A DNA stretch of 64,000 nucleotides, taken from the NCBI RefSeq assembly GCF_006345805.1, contig NW_021836178.1, positions 62,001-126,000 on the forward strand. Direction: 5' to 3'. Of the stretch, positions 1 through 13,487 are shown piece by piece; the first letter of the stretch is position 1, and each line of letters starts with the position of its first letter. This DNA is from Octopus sinensis (taxonomy: Eukaryota). Under the pieces are notes generated by a model. The model did no database searches and was not told the origin of the DNA. It saw nothing but the letters and a program-made list of their open reading frames with translations. The position numbers and the translations under genes are program-made.

Positions 1-1
1 T

Positions 2-481
2 CGTATGGATACCGGTGGAGAAAATTTTTGATGTTAAAGTTTTCCTCGATATTGAATCGAATGCTTTTTCAATATCCAGAGCGACTAACACCGTTCTTTG
101 ATGTGGTTTTGAGCTGTTCAGTCCATCTGAGATAAACTGAGTCAACTTCGTAAGATATGTAGAAATTGAACGGTCTCTCCTGAATCCATGTTGAAAACTG
201 GATAATTCTAACGAAAGAGTAATTTTGTTGAGAATTAACTTTTCCAGTGTTCTTGAGAGTCCACAAAGAATTGATACAGGACGATAACTCCGTGGATCGT
301 TCAGAGATTTGTCCTTTTTCGGTATCATGTGTATGAGTGATTTTTTCCATAATGAGGGAATTTCATTTTTGTTTACTGAGTAATTGAAAAATTGGGTAAG
401 GGGTTCGATTCCCACCGACCCTAAGTGTTTTAATTCATCAATTGAAATATCGTCAGCTAGTCTTGACTTTGTATTTTTCAT
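2..481 (-). mobile_element. Non-LTR retrotransposon reverse transcriptase fragment (jockey/CR1-like), runs off the window start
   Basis: A minus frame not in the ORF track reads IPSLWKKSLIHMIPKK...SYRPVSILCGLSRTLEKL...QHGFRRDRS...LVALDIEKAFDSI, which are canonical LINE RT motifs. Confidence 0.85.
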
Positions 482-2030
482 GTAACGAAGATGACATGTG
501 TGATAATAATTAACTTTTAAATTACAAATTATAATTATGAAATTATGCGAAAATTTTTTAAAGAAAAAATAGTAAATGTTTCGAATGAGAGTATGCAATT
601 AACCGATATATTTTGAATGGAAAGCATATAAATTATGGTTTTAAACATAAATTTATGTCATTAACCGATTTATGAAATTTACCGATATGCAATTGACTGT
701 TTACTGTATATAATTTACGGCAGGCTATTTATGGAACTTTGGTTGAAAATAATGCAGAATATTGGGGGCTTAATAATCACAAAATATAGCAATTAATAAA
801 AATGAAAAGGCAAAACTGACTTGGTGTCTGCTACTACTGCTTCTAGTTAAATTTACTGATAATCAAATTTACTGACCAGTATTTATTAAAAAAGGCCATT
901 TAAATGCTCACTGTTTGATTATTTTCTCGATATTTTTACAATAATACATCCGTCTTTAAATTATTTTGTTTTTATCGAAAAATAAATGTTTTTTTATCAA
1001 GACGGGGAACAAAAATCAACCAAAGAGACTAGAAGATATCGTGAAAGAAAACGGTGGAGACCTCAGGAAAAAAATTTATTTTCGGGACCCCCGACAGTGT
1101 TTTTGATCCTAATAAATAAGACATATAAGCTACCAAAAAATATCTAAGACTTAGGAATTCAATCCAAATTATATAAAAGCTTATCTTCTGGGGGCAAATG
1201 AAAAAACTAAAATTTAAAAAATTCTTTAAAGACTACAAAAAGTGTTGGAAATCGATCTAAACTTCCTCTCAGAAGAAATGTTGAATTCCCGTCTGATTAA
1301 AACCAGGATTGAGTAGTTAAAAACGTAAAAAATAGGTTGGTAGGCCTGAATTATGTTGACCAAGGTAAAGGAATTTTGGAATATGATTTGAAACCCAAAA
1401 TATACAAAGTACGCCCAAGATGAATTACTTAAACTGTTTCATGTTTTAATCTGGAACTGATGAAAATTTTCGTTTTTTGATTTAGAGTTTTTAAATTTAA
1501 ACTTTTATTTTAAATTCAAAATTTCTGTTTAGAGATGATATTTTAGTCAAATAAAATCATTAAATATTACTTTCTAAAAAACGTTCAATGAACAGAAACG
1601 AAAATCAGAGATAAATGTGCATTTGATTCTTTTGAATATATCTTTCGTTCTTCTAGTAAATAACAGTTTCTTTAATTTAGAACTCAATTTTTCGTTCCTA
1701 GATTTTCAGTATTAAAGACTAGTTTATCAAAACATATTTTAAATGTAAGAAGTATCGAAATTCGGGAAGAGTATATGGCATTGTCCTGGTGACTGAAGGC
1801 AGGAGAATTCTCACGTGGCTGTTCCCTTTCCTTTGTAGTTTAACTAATCAGTTAGCAAAAAGGTAAAATTCTCGTGGAACAGGCAATCGTCCATGTTTCG
1901 GGGACAGTCAATATTTTTACAGGCAACAGAAACATAACCAATTTAGACTTAATGATTTAAAATGAAATTATCTTTTACTAAAATTTTATTGTGAGTAAAA
2001 TTATTATAAAATAAATGTTGCTTAGATAAA

Positions 2031-4240
2031 ATGGGGAATACAGAGGAATTGGTTTTATCGAAAATAATAGGATTTAATGGTTTGAAAATAAAGTCAGTTA
2101 ATACATCTAGGGACCGTCCCTGGTGGCCTATTAGTACACAGGGATGAGGAGAACATTTTGTTTGCCTTGGGATGCACTGTCATTGTGGAGAATATCCTCA
2201 CTGGTCAGCAGCAGTTCCTCAGTGGAAGCAGAAATAAAATAAGTTGTCTGGCCATCTCCAATGACGGAAAGTACGTGGCTGCCGGAAATGAGACTTTTAT
2301 GGGGTTTAAAGTAATTTTGGGATAAATATGTGCAGTCTGACATATTCGTGTGGGACTATCACACGAAAACATTGCACTGTAGTCTACAACTCCATAAAGT
2401 CAAAACTCTCTCACTATCCTTTTACAGCCGACAGTCATTTTTGATTTCTCTGGGCGACCAAGACGATGGGACGTTTATTAATAGTAAATATCTCGTAGAG
2501 TCGTTGTGTGGAGTCTCGACAAAAAAGAAGCCATTTGTGGCTCCCCCGCACAAGCAGTCAGTGCGGGCTGTGCTCAGATTCTCCTCTGCTCCTCAATTGA
2601 CCACGTGTCTTCATCACTGGAGGAAAGTGACATTCTACAAACCAACCCATTTAGTGGCACCCTTCGAGTGTGGACCCTCCTTGCCGAAAAAGGACGATCA
2701 CCCCCAACGAAGTTTCCTTAGGCCAAAACAGACGATCGATCATCTCCATGGCGGTTGTTTATGGCAAGAATAAATATTTAAGGCGGGAATTGGTATTAAC
2801 AGAATTTATTGTGGGACAACAACTGGGGATATACTCGTGGTGGATGTTGGGACTTTTACCTTCAATGGAATTTTCCCGCGGAAGGATAAATTTAGTCTCG
2901 GGGTGACTTCTTTGGCGGTCCTCAAATCGGGGAACCTGATTGTTGGGACGGGGGATGGAAAACTGATGGAATTCGAACAAAAAAGCAAGGCATATTCAAA
3001 AATACGGTAATCAAACAAAATAAAATTCAAGACAAATTGATCTTCCAAAAAATAACATCGATCTCATTGCGGGGAGTAGGCCACCAAATGTATGTGGGGA
3101 CCTCGATAGGACACGTGTATCGAGTGACCTACACGTCCTTCAACTGTGACCTACTCAACACGACCCACCAAAGCCAATAAATGACATAACTTTTGCGCCG
3201 TAGTATTTGGTATAAAACTGTCAGATTCTGTTCTGATTTATTCCTCACGTGCTCCTTCGAGACAATCAGAGTGTGGCTGACCGAGGAAAACAAGGAGTTA
3301 CTGAGGATACAAGTCCCAACATGACTTGCAATTGTGTGGTTGTCACTGCCAGCGGGAATTGTATTCTCGGCGGTTTCAACGACGGAAGAATCCGCGGATT
3401 TTACCCGAAAACAGGCCGAAGTTTATTCACAATGGAGAACTGTCACAGCCAAGGGGTGACAGCCTTGGCGGGAATGACGGAGGCGGGAAAAATCATATCT
3501 GGGGGAGGTTGGGGACTGATTTATATTCGTAGGCGAAGGGCAAGTCCGAGTTTGGAAAATCAGTTCAGACTGGCAAAGTCTGTTGGTGACTTTGAAGAAC
3601 ACAAGGCTCCGTGACCTGCATAAAAATAAAAAGCGACGACAGAGAGGCCATTTCATCGAGCAAAGACGGGACTTGTATTGTGTGGGACTTGGAGTAAGGT
3701 GTGGTTAACCATCCAGTCGATTTGCCCGGAAACAAATAATATTTGCCACTACACTCTTCCATTGTCTGTGCTATGACTACAACCAAGTCCAGATTATTGC
3801 CAGTGGGACGGACAGACAAGTCGGCTACTGGGAGGTCTATGATGGATCAGCCATCAGACAGGTTATCAGTTCAGACGACGGGGCTATTAATGGAATGGAT
3901 GTCTCTGTTGTGGCAGGTACTTTGTCACTGCTGGGGACGACAAATTAGTCAAGGTGACCTGTCCCAACATGTCTTAGTTATGGTCCTATCATAAAGGGAC
4001 TGTCCTCTTTCAAGGGAGAGGACATGGCAGAGTAGTATTCTTAAAGTCAAAATATGTCCCAACTCTAAGTACATTGTCACTGTCGCTGCTGATGGATCCA
4101 TCTTCAAATGGAATTTTCCAGAAAAATTGATTCAAGAGGACTCCAAAGTAGAATTGCCACCCAGTATTGAAAATGAATCAAATCCACCAGTGGTTGAATC
4201 CAACCAATATGTGCTGCATAATGCTCCATTAACATATTAA
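2031..4240 (+). CDS. CFAP52: Cilia- and flagella-associated protein 52 (WDR16), WD40 protein; 10 tiny introns and about 9 apparent indels
   Basis: Spliced translation tracks CFAP52 throughout: IIGFNGTVPGG, ETFMGFK, FITGGNGTLRVW, KDKFSLGV, SLRGVGHQ, VPNMTC, GGGEGQVRVW, SGTDRQVGYWEVYDG, ADGSIFKW. GT-AG introns at 2080-2110, 2311-2335, 2473-2498, 2627-2654, 2754-2782, 3007-3031, 3200-3224, 3508-3532, 3694-3716, 3954-3977. Stop TAA at 4238-4240. Confidence 0.93.
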
Positions 4241-5854
4241 CTTGACTAATAAATTTCCACAATATTTTCGTGCTATACACATCTACGATATTTTCCCGAG
4301 GCGAGGATTGTCTTTTCTTTGTACCGCTTTTTTCATCTAAAATAATAGTGTGGATTTAATTAAATAGTTATTCTTAAATGATTTTTTCTTCTTTTTAAAA
4401 AACATAATCACGTTTATAGAGATTGAGATCATGTCACAAAACATCGTAAAGAAAGTATTTCCATCTTTAACATTACTTCCAAGTCTTGTCTTCTTGCATA
4501 ATTGTTCACGTGGGTGACATCAAAAACTGCAAGTTATGTAATCACCAAACGTCTGTCAAAGTCGGAATTCAATTTTGTTGACTTTTTACAAATAAAAAAC
4601 TGTCTTAAACTCAAATTCATCTGGAATATTATACATTTCTACCTTCGTACTCACTTTAAAAAAAACTGCACTTTCCGTATTTTATAGCTTCGCACAGCCG
4701 GGACATACTTTATTTTAAGTAAAGAGTTTTTTTTTTTAGCTAATCGTAGATAGGGCTAGGGGAAGATCTCTGTTTTTGTCTTGCTGAAAGATCTTGTCAA
4801 AATTTCTTTGGGTTCCTGAATTAGGTCGTCGGTTCAAAGATGCGGACTTTCTTCGAACTATTGTCTCCGGTTTTTTATGTTTGGCATTAACGACTGTTTG
4901 GGAGAGTAGGGAGTTTTATGATTGATGGTCGTTTTATTTCTTCCTTCTTTGTATCCTCCTTTTATTTCAAAATTTTAAGTTTTGGGATTCCCTAAACTGG
5001 CAGGTCGAGATAGAAGAGAACTTTGGTTTTTAAATAAAAAACTTCTGACTTGTTCAACCTGTGTTTATTTTTGATGGAATATCTGGGTAGGATTTGGACT
5101 GGGTTGTAGATATAGACTTGATTAAAATAAATTTTTTTCAATCCTCAAGTTTCATATTTTCTTATCGCAGGGAATTTATTGTCTGTTTGTATTTCACATC
5201 TATCCACGAAGGTAAATAATAGCCTTGTGACCGGAGGGAGAATCTGTTTGCTGATCTTTGAGTATTCGCAGAGTATTCGTAGTTTTTGTGACCATTCTGG
5301 AAAGTTTGAGGAAAATATGTTGACTTTTTCATCTTGTCTTTTTGATTCATTTGCTTTTAAGATCGCGGATGTAATCGTAGGAGCGCATCTTCCAGTTCAT
5401 TTTGATAAAAATTCTATTTTTTACATTTGATTTATTTTTTATATTTTGATTTTGAGTTATATACAAAAAAACAAACCAATTAATGGATAATGCACATAAA
5501 TTTTTAAATCGTATGCGGACAAGGGGACGATAAAATTTCAAAGGGGGCGATGAACAAAAAAGGTAAGAATGTCTTGTCTAGGGGATCCCAGTATTTTTAA
5601 GCTTCGACATAAGTCTATTTGTTGAGCACAATAATTTTTCGTAGACCCCGGAAGTATTTAGAATTTCTGTTTTGAGTAAATTTTTAGAAGCCTGTCTATA
5701 AAAAGTGTTTGAGTTATCACTATTTTCCGTTATTTTTCAAAATTCAGATAAAGTAGAATTTCCTAGGTCCAGGCTTAATTCTCTTCTGATGCGAAAAAGA
5801 TATATTAATTATATATAAAAAACAATAATTATTACTGTACTATGACAATATATC

Positions 5855-6740
5855 AACCCTAGTCGTTGTTCTCACGCACACCAACACAAATACAGCAATG
5901 TGCTTTGAATTCTATAATATGTGTATTCCTAACACTATTTCCGTGATTTTACCGAATTTGCGGAAATTGATAACTGCCAATGATCTAATAAACATTAGAC
6001 GAAATGGTCGGGATCCCCAAATCACGACCCGTAATATTTTGAGAGTACCAAAACATTCCACAGTATATAAAATCAATTTCAAAATTAAAGCGTTGATTGT
6101 CCGTAAACCAAGGATCTCAAAGTCCCCACTTCCGGAGAGTTCCGTGTTTAGAGGACACTAGTACTCCAACACTGTATTTGGATGTGTGGAGAACAGTAAT
6201 GTCTTTATCATCACAATGGGGAATGTTGTGCGTAACTACGGCACGGACTGCTTAAAATCAACTTAGTGGAATGCCGACATGTCATTTGGTTTTAAAATGC
6301 GGAGAACAGAGTTTTGGTTGATTGTGTGATTCCCTAACAAGGACTCTGTCTGTTGGAGGACGTCAAGTTTCACTAGTGTGTCTCCTTGGGGCTTGTGAAA
6401 GGCAGAATGTGATCCAATTTATACCCTCTGATGGAGAATTGAGTTAATGAGCTATCGAATCACCTCTTAGTATATTTGTCATACTGGCCTAGAATAATTT
6501 TCCTTTCAATTTGTAAATACCAAATATGAGAGAAATGAATCACAATTAGTGATTCAGGCCAGGATTGTTGTGTTGTTGTAGTGGACAAGCTAGTAGTAGG
6601 AATAATATTTCTGCAAAAATGCTTAAAATACTGCTTCCAATGTCTTCCAATATTTGTATTTCAGATTTCAGATAAGGTCAGTAAGAGGCACGTATCAGTA
6701 CAATCCCAACCACAACTGCCTTGTATGGACTTTCGGTTAA
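5855..6740 (+). pseudogene. Decayed adaptor-protein complex mu subunit (AP1M/AP2M-like)
   Basis: Collinear motifs across frames: NTAMCFEF, LDEMV..PQIT, LYLDV.ENSNV, LSGMP, LEDVKFH*CVSL, FIPSDGE, ELMSYRI, YNPNHNCLVW. In-frame stops and frameshifts are present. Confidence 0.75.
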
Positions 6741-8289
6741 CTTCTTTTTACTATTATTATATAATTAATTAAATCCCTCTCAAATTGGCCATTTTTGGTT
6801 CCTTCAATTTTGTTAGCCAATTTGAGAAATGGCCAATCAGAGAATAAAATAGACAATTTTTCAAAGAAACTTTTTTTTCGTTCGGCGCTTATATTTTCTA
6901 CAAGAAAAAGAGAAGTTAACTAAATTAGATGAGTCACAGAGCTGATGGACAGGTAATTTCCATGTAATATCGCGAACAATTTCCGCTGAAAAAGCCAGCT
7001 CGTTTCAAAACTGAAACTACTTCAGTTAGCATAATTTTTTTTTAATTAAAGAAAATAAAAAAAATCTGATTTATTTTTCACGTCATCATTATTTAGAATT
7101 CCGAAACAATTTGAAATGATACGTTGCGATACATCTTCCCTGCTATTTTAACAAATATCTAAACATCCTTTAGTGTGAGCTTTTTATATGAACTATAAAC
7201 GGATGTTGATGTTCTAATAAATGCGGCAATTCTTTTTCAAAGACGATGCTACCCAAGACCTGAAGCAACCCAGCTTCGCTAGTGCTAGGCCTATGTGTCA
7301 AAAAGAAGCTGACCCTCAAACTCTCGACTAACCTTTCAGCCACTTAGTCTAGCTAGCAACTAACTCTGATTTTTAATACGGTTTCAAAGCCAGTTCAGAA
7401 GATATGTTTAAAATCTATTCAAGACCACCAAATAATGCGTCTCTATTAATAATCATTCTTTAGCCAACGGGGCTGAAGACTATGCTTGGATGTCGGAATA
7501 CAAAGGTGGTGGGTTCTATCCCGAAAAACGTAAATTTCCAGTTGGGGTCAAGTCTTGTCACCGTTCCCACCAGTGAGGCGACGAGTCCATCTGGCACGAC
7601 ACATATGTAGAAATGGGACCTCCTACCTCTAATCAATTTATTATTAAAATTTTATTAATTAAATTAATTAGTATTTTTAAGAATGCACCTATAATATTAT
7701 AAATTATTATCTTAAGTCCACGTTGCTTTTTTTGTTGTAGTTCAGTTTATTTATTTGTGGTTTGTTGTTTATTTCTATTATTATTTGAGTTAATGGATTA
7801 ATCCGTCACCAATTCATTAATATTTTATAAATGAATTGTTGATTTTTGTATTTTATAGTCCATGACTCTCTATATATTTCATTATTCAAAAATATTTCCC
7901 TGTCAACGGATTTCTTTTTTTCACAGGGAAATTTTTTTTAATTATACTGCTGGGAACAAAATATTTATGGCAGAAAAGCAGCAATTCGAAATTTTTGAAT
8001 ATATGTCGATTTATTATTTATACATTGATTATTTATTATTGAAATTTTTGAAGGACTAATCACAATTATGGAAATTTCCCTTAAATGATAAAATTATAAT
8101 TAATTATCTTTAATAAATCAATCAAAGAAATCGATATTTCATAAATGAATTGCTGATTTTTTGTATATGTATACGGTTTCAAAGCCAGTTAGAAGATATG
8201 TGTTAAAAATCCAGTCAAGACTACCAAAGGGGGGTCAAAACTAATTATTTATCAATTGAACTTATTAATGCGTCCTCTCACTCGATTCT

Positions 8290-8615
8290 CCTCCTCTTTG
8301 AGCTAAAGCCAATCTCTTCGATGGCACACTTGTCCATCTCACAGGGTTGGCCTCTTTGTGGTCGTTCTCAAGTTCGACTCAATGGCCTCACTTGGCAAAG
8401 CCTCTTTCGTTGTTCCATTTCATATTTGTGGAGCTTTTCCACTTCTACTTGCTTCAATTTTTTTGAGAGGTGATTCCAATCTCTATAAACGTGATTGTGT
8501 TCCTCATTTTGTCGAGTACAAGGATATCCGGCTTGTTATTCTCAACCTTCGTATCCGTATTTATTGTCGTGTCAACACGAATCTCCACAGAGTTATTCGC
8601 AACCACTGATTGAAC
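8290..8615 (-). mobile_element. 3' fragment of an R4/Dong-type RLE retrotransposon
   Basis: Minus frame QSVVANNSVEIRVDTTINTD..NNKPDILVLDK..ITFIEIGITS..QVEVEKLHKY, homologous to the C-terminus of ORF 13530-14927. Confidence 0.85.
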
Positions 8616-8699
8616 AGAGAGACCTATTAATAATGTGTTTCTATTAATTGAGAGTGATACTAGGCTGAGAAAGATATTAAAAAAAATTCATTTAAAGAA

Positions 8700-10880
8700 A
8701 AACAAGTCTTTTAATTGATTCCTAAACTGGCCAAGTCTTTGCTATCTTTTTGAATTTCATGGCCATCTTAGATTCCATTATCACCATACCACTAGGTGAG
8801 AAAACTTTGACATAATATATTCTCGTATCTATATGTTCATTTAGAGAACGCTCCCGCGTTCCTTTATTATTGTCGGTTCTAACTCTTCGCAGAACCTTGT
8901 CCCCAATTTTATAAACCCAGATATCATTTTTCCACAACAAATAAATAAACTGAATTACAATAAAAAAAGCAGCGAATTATGAAGGAATCTAAAATTTATA
9001 TGATTGTTGAATAAATGATCAAATCAGTGATCAAAGAACCAATCTGTTTATAAACACAATTATTTATTGAAAAATCGAATAAAGTTCTTTTTACAGTGTT
9101 TATAGTAAATCATCCGAGATGTGTTTCAAATTTTTTACAGTAGTGTTTGTTGTATTTGAAAAAAGCAATTCGAACAAGAACTTGATTTAATGACAATTTA
9201 AATTGGCAATTTTTTCGCATCAATTTGATCATATAATGGATAATTTCTATTCTGGGGATTAGCATCAATATCTTGCTATAATAGAACATTATCCCCCACC
9301 TTAATCCACATCATAACACGCGATAAACAACCTTAATGCCGTTTTGGTCCAATTTCCGTTTGTTTTTCATTTTTCTCCTGCTTTCGTTAGATTCTCGTAT
9401 GTTGATAACAAATTTTTTGTAATATTTTAATCATCGATTAATTTATTTTCAACAAATTTAATTTCTGCATCAACATCTTCTCCATTAAACGCGCAGAGAG
9501 CTTCCATTCCTTCATCACTTGGTGCATTTTACTCCCATAAAGATATTGAAAGGAATATGCTTTGTTGTTGCATGTCGTGAACAATTATAGTCATAAACAA
9601 TTCCTGTGATAAAATCTTTATTGACGCCAAAATTTCTATTAGAACTACTTGTAGGTGAAATCCACCTTTTGATAGATTGATTAAATCTAAAAAGTTTGAT
9701 AATTTATTTACTGTAGTTTACCTTTCAACCTAGCAATGAATCTGAGATGCTCTGGGCCTTACGCAAACATGTTTTATTTTCATTTTTTGCAAATTTCATT
9801 TACATGGGAATTCTTAAATTCCTTTCCGTTATCTGTTTTTAGAATAACTGGGAGGCCAATTGTGTAATAAATATTTTGTAATAAAGAAGAAATCTCAACA
9901 GCAGATTTATTTTTAATCAGCTCAACAACACCAAATTTGGAAAATGAATCAATAAGTACAAGATTTTGAATCATTCACTTCAACATATCGACGCAAATCG
10001 ACAAGGTCGACAATTTCCAAAATGATTAGAATTATGCTCGGACTATTTTTAGATGATACAACCAGTACTTCAATCATTAGTAATTTTAGTTCTGCCTCTT
10101 CAATACACACAAATCGTAGTTTTAGGCCATTTCTTCGTATATAAACTTTTCCATCAACGAAAGAAAATGTTCCTGAATGCTGTTTGACTTTATATCTTTC
10201 CTTCTTATTCAAAAGTTCATCGAAACGAGCAAATGCCGGGTCCAGGCAAAACCGGTGACATTGATTATAACTAAAATTATGATTATGTATGATCTTTATT
10301 TTTTATTCGTTTCATGTGCGTTTTTTTCATTGTTCAGTCGGGAATTTGTAATTCAACAATTTTGATTGACAATATACTCGAAATTTGTACAATCTCTCCG
10401 TATGGAGACTCTAATTTTTGAAGAGCTAAGTATGGATTCCAAGGTGTTATGTCCGCAATGAGTCAGTTGATTAATTTTCATAGCCACTAATTGCATCTCC
10501 TCATGATTTCCTGCAGAAATGACTATTTTATGGTTTCCACGTGAGTCTCTAAGATCTAGCCGCCCGGATTCTTCGACTTTTGAGTTAATTTGTATTTTTT
10601 GTTTAGATATTCCAATGATCCCCTGCTCTTCCAATATTTTAACTAGATCATCATACTCTTGGACAGTTTTGACAAAATAGCGGTACATCAAGAAAAACTT
10701 TATAGAATATGCATGTTAAATTATCTATTAAAAAATTATAAAATGCTGCGTCTTTTAAAATAATGAAATTATATATTTCTTAATTTTAAATATAATAACT
10801 AAGAAAATTTAGATATAATTTTTATAAAAAATTCTTAAAATGTTAAATTCGAGCATTCGGTAACCGGTAGCGCCTGTGAC
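8700..10880 (-). mobile_element. Remnants of gypsy-integrase (Ginger2/KRBA2-like) element(s)
   Basis: HCGHN zinc-binding motif (10353-10691), integrase core VDLVDL..VLIDSFSKF..LKTDNGKEF (9780-10030), YNCSRHATTKHIPF, and IKVGDNVL / YKIGDKVL tails. Possible TGT terminus near 10878. Confidence 0.75.
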
Positions 10881-11199
10881 ATAATAAGAAAATAGTCAAT
10901 ACGAAAAATTCAACTAGCATCATAAATTAGGCGAATTGTTAAAAATTATTTGCGGCCCCTGTAATTTTTTTTAATTTGCGGCCCCTGAGTAAAAAATCTT
11001 GAGAATCAATGTATATTTCTGACAACCCATTTGTTTCTGCACTTTAAATGTCCAGGATTTTTTCTTTACGATTTAAAAAGAAAATTTCTCCGAGAACTAT
11101 AAACGACTTTAAATCAAAATCGCTCAGTGACGACCTTCAAAAATATTCGAGATTAATTACATTACTAATACATTACAGTCAAAAAAAGTTCAATCATTT

Positions 11200-11510
11200 T
11201 ATAATTATACTTAGGAAACAATTATTGAAGAGGAATCAAATGAGAAAAGAGTTAATCTTTTAGAAGCTTTCAGAGCTCTAGAGATTATTAAAACTTATCC
11301 TTCTCAGGTAAATGCAGATATAGATGATCACGAAAATATTATGCCGATTGGGGAAATGTTAAGAAAATTAATTAAAAAACATAAAATTTCTGATTTTGTT
11401 GAATATAAATAATTTTATGTAATCTATATTGTAAGCTTATGTTTCAACTATAAAATATTATTTAAATTGCCTCTCGAATCCGGCGATTTTTTGATCGGTC
11501 CCAAACGATG
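11200..11510 (+). mobile_element. pogo/Tigger transposase C-terminal remnant
   Basis: LEAFRALEIIKTY...KKHKISDF resembles Tigger C-termini and is followed by a subterminal CTCTCGAATCCGGC...GGTCCC motif. Confidence 0.4.
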
Positions 11511-11644
11511 ACATTTTATTTTTATCTATTAAATAAAACCTTCAAAAAATATTCGAGATGAAATTGATTTTAAAACAATTTCCACTATAGCAACAAGGAA
11601 ATATTATAAATTCATATTGAATAATTACTAATGTTAATGTAATG

Positions 11645-11815
11645 CAGGTGTGAAGAAAAGGCTAAGGAGTGGTGAGGATCTGGACGAGCTGAGGAAACTC
11701 GCTCACGACAGAGGAGGTTGGAGGAGGCTGGTTCAAAGGATTGTTTTTAATGCTGCACGAGTAAAATTATAACTAATATGATTCTACGTATGTTGCAAAT
11801 AATAATAATAATAAA
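11645..11815 (+). mobile_element. RTE-type LINE 3' end with (TAA)n tail
   Basis: EDLDELRKLAHDRGGWRRLV is a typical RTE C-terminus. A (TAA)n run follows near 11798-11813. A related C-terminus occurs at 31640-31740. Confidence 0.6.
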
Positions 11816-11819
11816 TGCA

Positions 11820-13433
11820 GGCATATTTTTACAAAGAAAATTCCTACATCACAGGACTGTAAGAAATAATTATCAGAACACTCTCCATCATAAACAAAAG
11901 CTGTCCCTTGAAGACGCTAATGTGAATTGACAATCGACATTCTATTGTTTGTAAAGTAACCCACCATATGCTTCTTCCATCATTAATGTCGTTTTTGCAT
12001 TTCCATTTTTTCGAAAAAGACAGCCATTTGATTATTTTTAACTTTTCTAATTTCAAGCATATTGTGAATATCTAAGCATACAGTAATGACTGGGATCCAT
12101 TCGTGAATAGGCATATTTTCAGGCCCCCATAATTTTTACAGAGTGATTAATCTAAATTCTCGATAAATAGTCCAAGTTGAGCGATTTGTGGAAACTGAAA
12201 AATGGCATTCAAAGGCATGAAACTTTAATGTTGAAATAAGATTGTTACAGATGTCTATATTCACTTTACATTAATTCTAAGCTATTCAAACTATCAAATG
12301 AGTTGTTTAGTATTCTTGAGTCTCCAGAACAGTGATAAGTCCATACAATGCTATCAAGTTGGTTAAATTCGAGAATATTGTTTCACTGGGAAATGTAATG
12401 CCCTCCCCTAATTTCAATTTCGCGTGAATGATCATCAACATTTTCTCCATCAAATGCACAGTTTGTAACAAACTTAATATCCGTCAATTGTTAAGTGTAA
12501 TGACTGGTCATAAATTTAGACCTGTGTTAAATGAACAATTTGTTCAATTGCATTGACATTAATTAAGAACAGGAAAATATTTAATGAATAATCATGTTAG
12601 TTCATTAGTAACATCCGAATTTTTAATTAAGGGCAACTCTCGTTGCATAACAGATTATCGGATATTGGATAAGGACAACGGTTGCAGTCTATTGTAAGTA
12701 AAATAGCCTACCAAAAGCTTCCATTGTTTTTAATGTTAATATTCTATTAAAACGTCCAGCTATACCAACTTTGTCAAGATACAAAGTTAATAAAATAGAA
12801 TTTTCTCCCTCATTCATCATTCTATTATTATAATATCTAAATATACATTCCTGGTTGAGAATCATAAGTGGATATGCAAATTTTCTGACCTCCCCGAAAA
12901 CTAAACTTTAAATAATTTATAATACTAAATTTGAAAGTGCTGATTACTAATTTTTGGAAGCTGAAAAATGGCATTCCTCGGCATTGTACTGCAATGTTAA
13001 AATAAGATTGTTACAGATAATTTAAACCTTCTAAACGTGAAAACGCGTCCATGTTTACGTAACTCATGTTACTACAGTCATGCAATTCTCTAATGATTTA
13101 AAAAATTAAATTTACATTATTATTAATTTATTCAAACCATCAAACGAGTTGATTAATATTCTCCTTAACGAATTTCCATCACAGTAACTGATATTAATAA
13201 AATTTTTGTTACAAATGTGTCAAGTTGGAAAAATTTGAGAATATTTCTCCATTGAGAAATTTAACGCCGTCTCGAAGTCCAATAAATGATAGATTTTGCA
13301 CAAAATTTTCTCCACTGAATTCGCAGTTTGACAAATAACTAATTAAAAATAAACAATTCTTCAAAAACTTTCGTGTAAAGTCGCATTCACGTTGAATCAC
13401 TATGTTAACAAAAAGGAGGGAAAGTGAAATCAT
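11820..13433 (-). CDS. Secreted/membrane leucine-rich-repeat protein, paralog A (two LRR modules; partly disrupted)
   Basis: Hydrophobic N-terminus MISLSLLFVNIVIQ. Roughly 24-aa LRR exons (FYCDGNSLRRILINSFDGLNKLII; ELHDCSNMSYVNMDAFSRLEGLK) are separated by ~25-nt GT-AG introns. Cys cluster IDCNRCPYP..LLC. Internal duplication 12130-12500 vs 12950-13430. Homologous to 18660-19823. Confidence 0.6.
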
Positions 13434-13487
13434 TATGATTATACGTCACATTTTATTGTCAGTAACTCATTGGTTAGACATTGTATT

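Noticed and set aside
402-413. GGTTCGATTCCC, tRNA T-arm/B-box-like
   Set aside because: It is antisense to the RT coding frame (VGIEP) and no cloverleaf or A-box can be built.
7455-7540. Possible tRNA-derived SINE head (TAGCCAACGG ... GGTTCTATCCC)
   Set aside because: Both boxes deviate from consensus and there is no second copy in the window.
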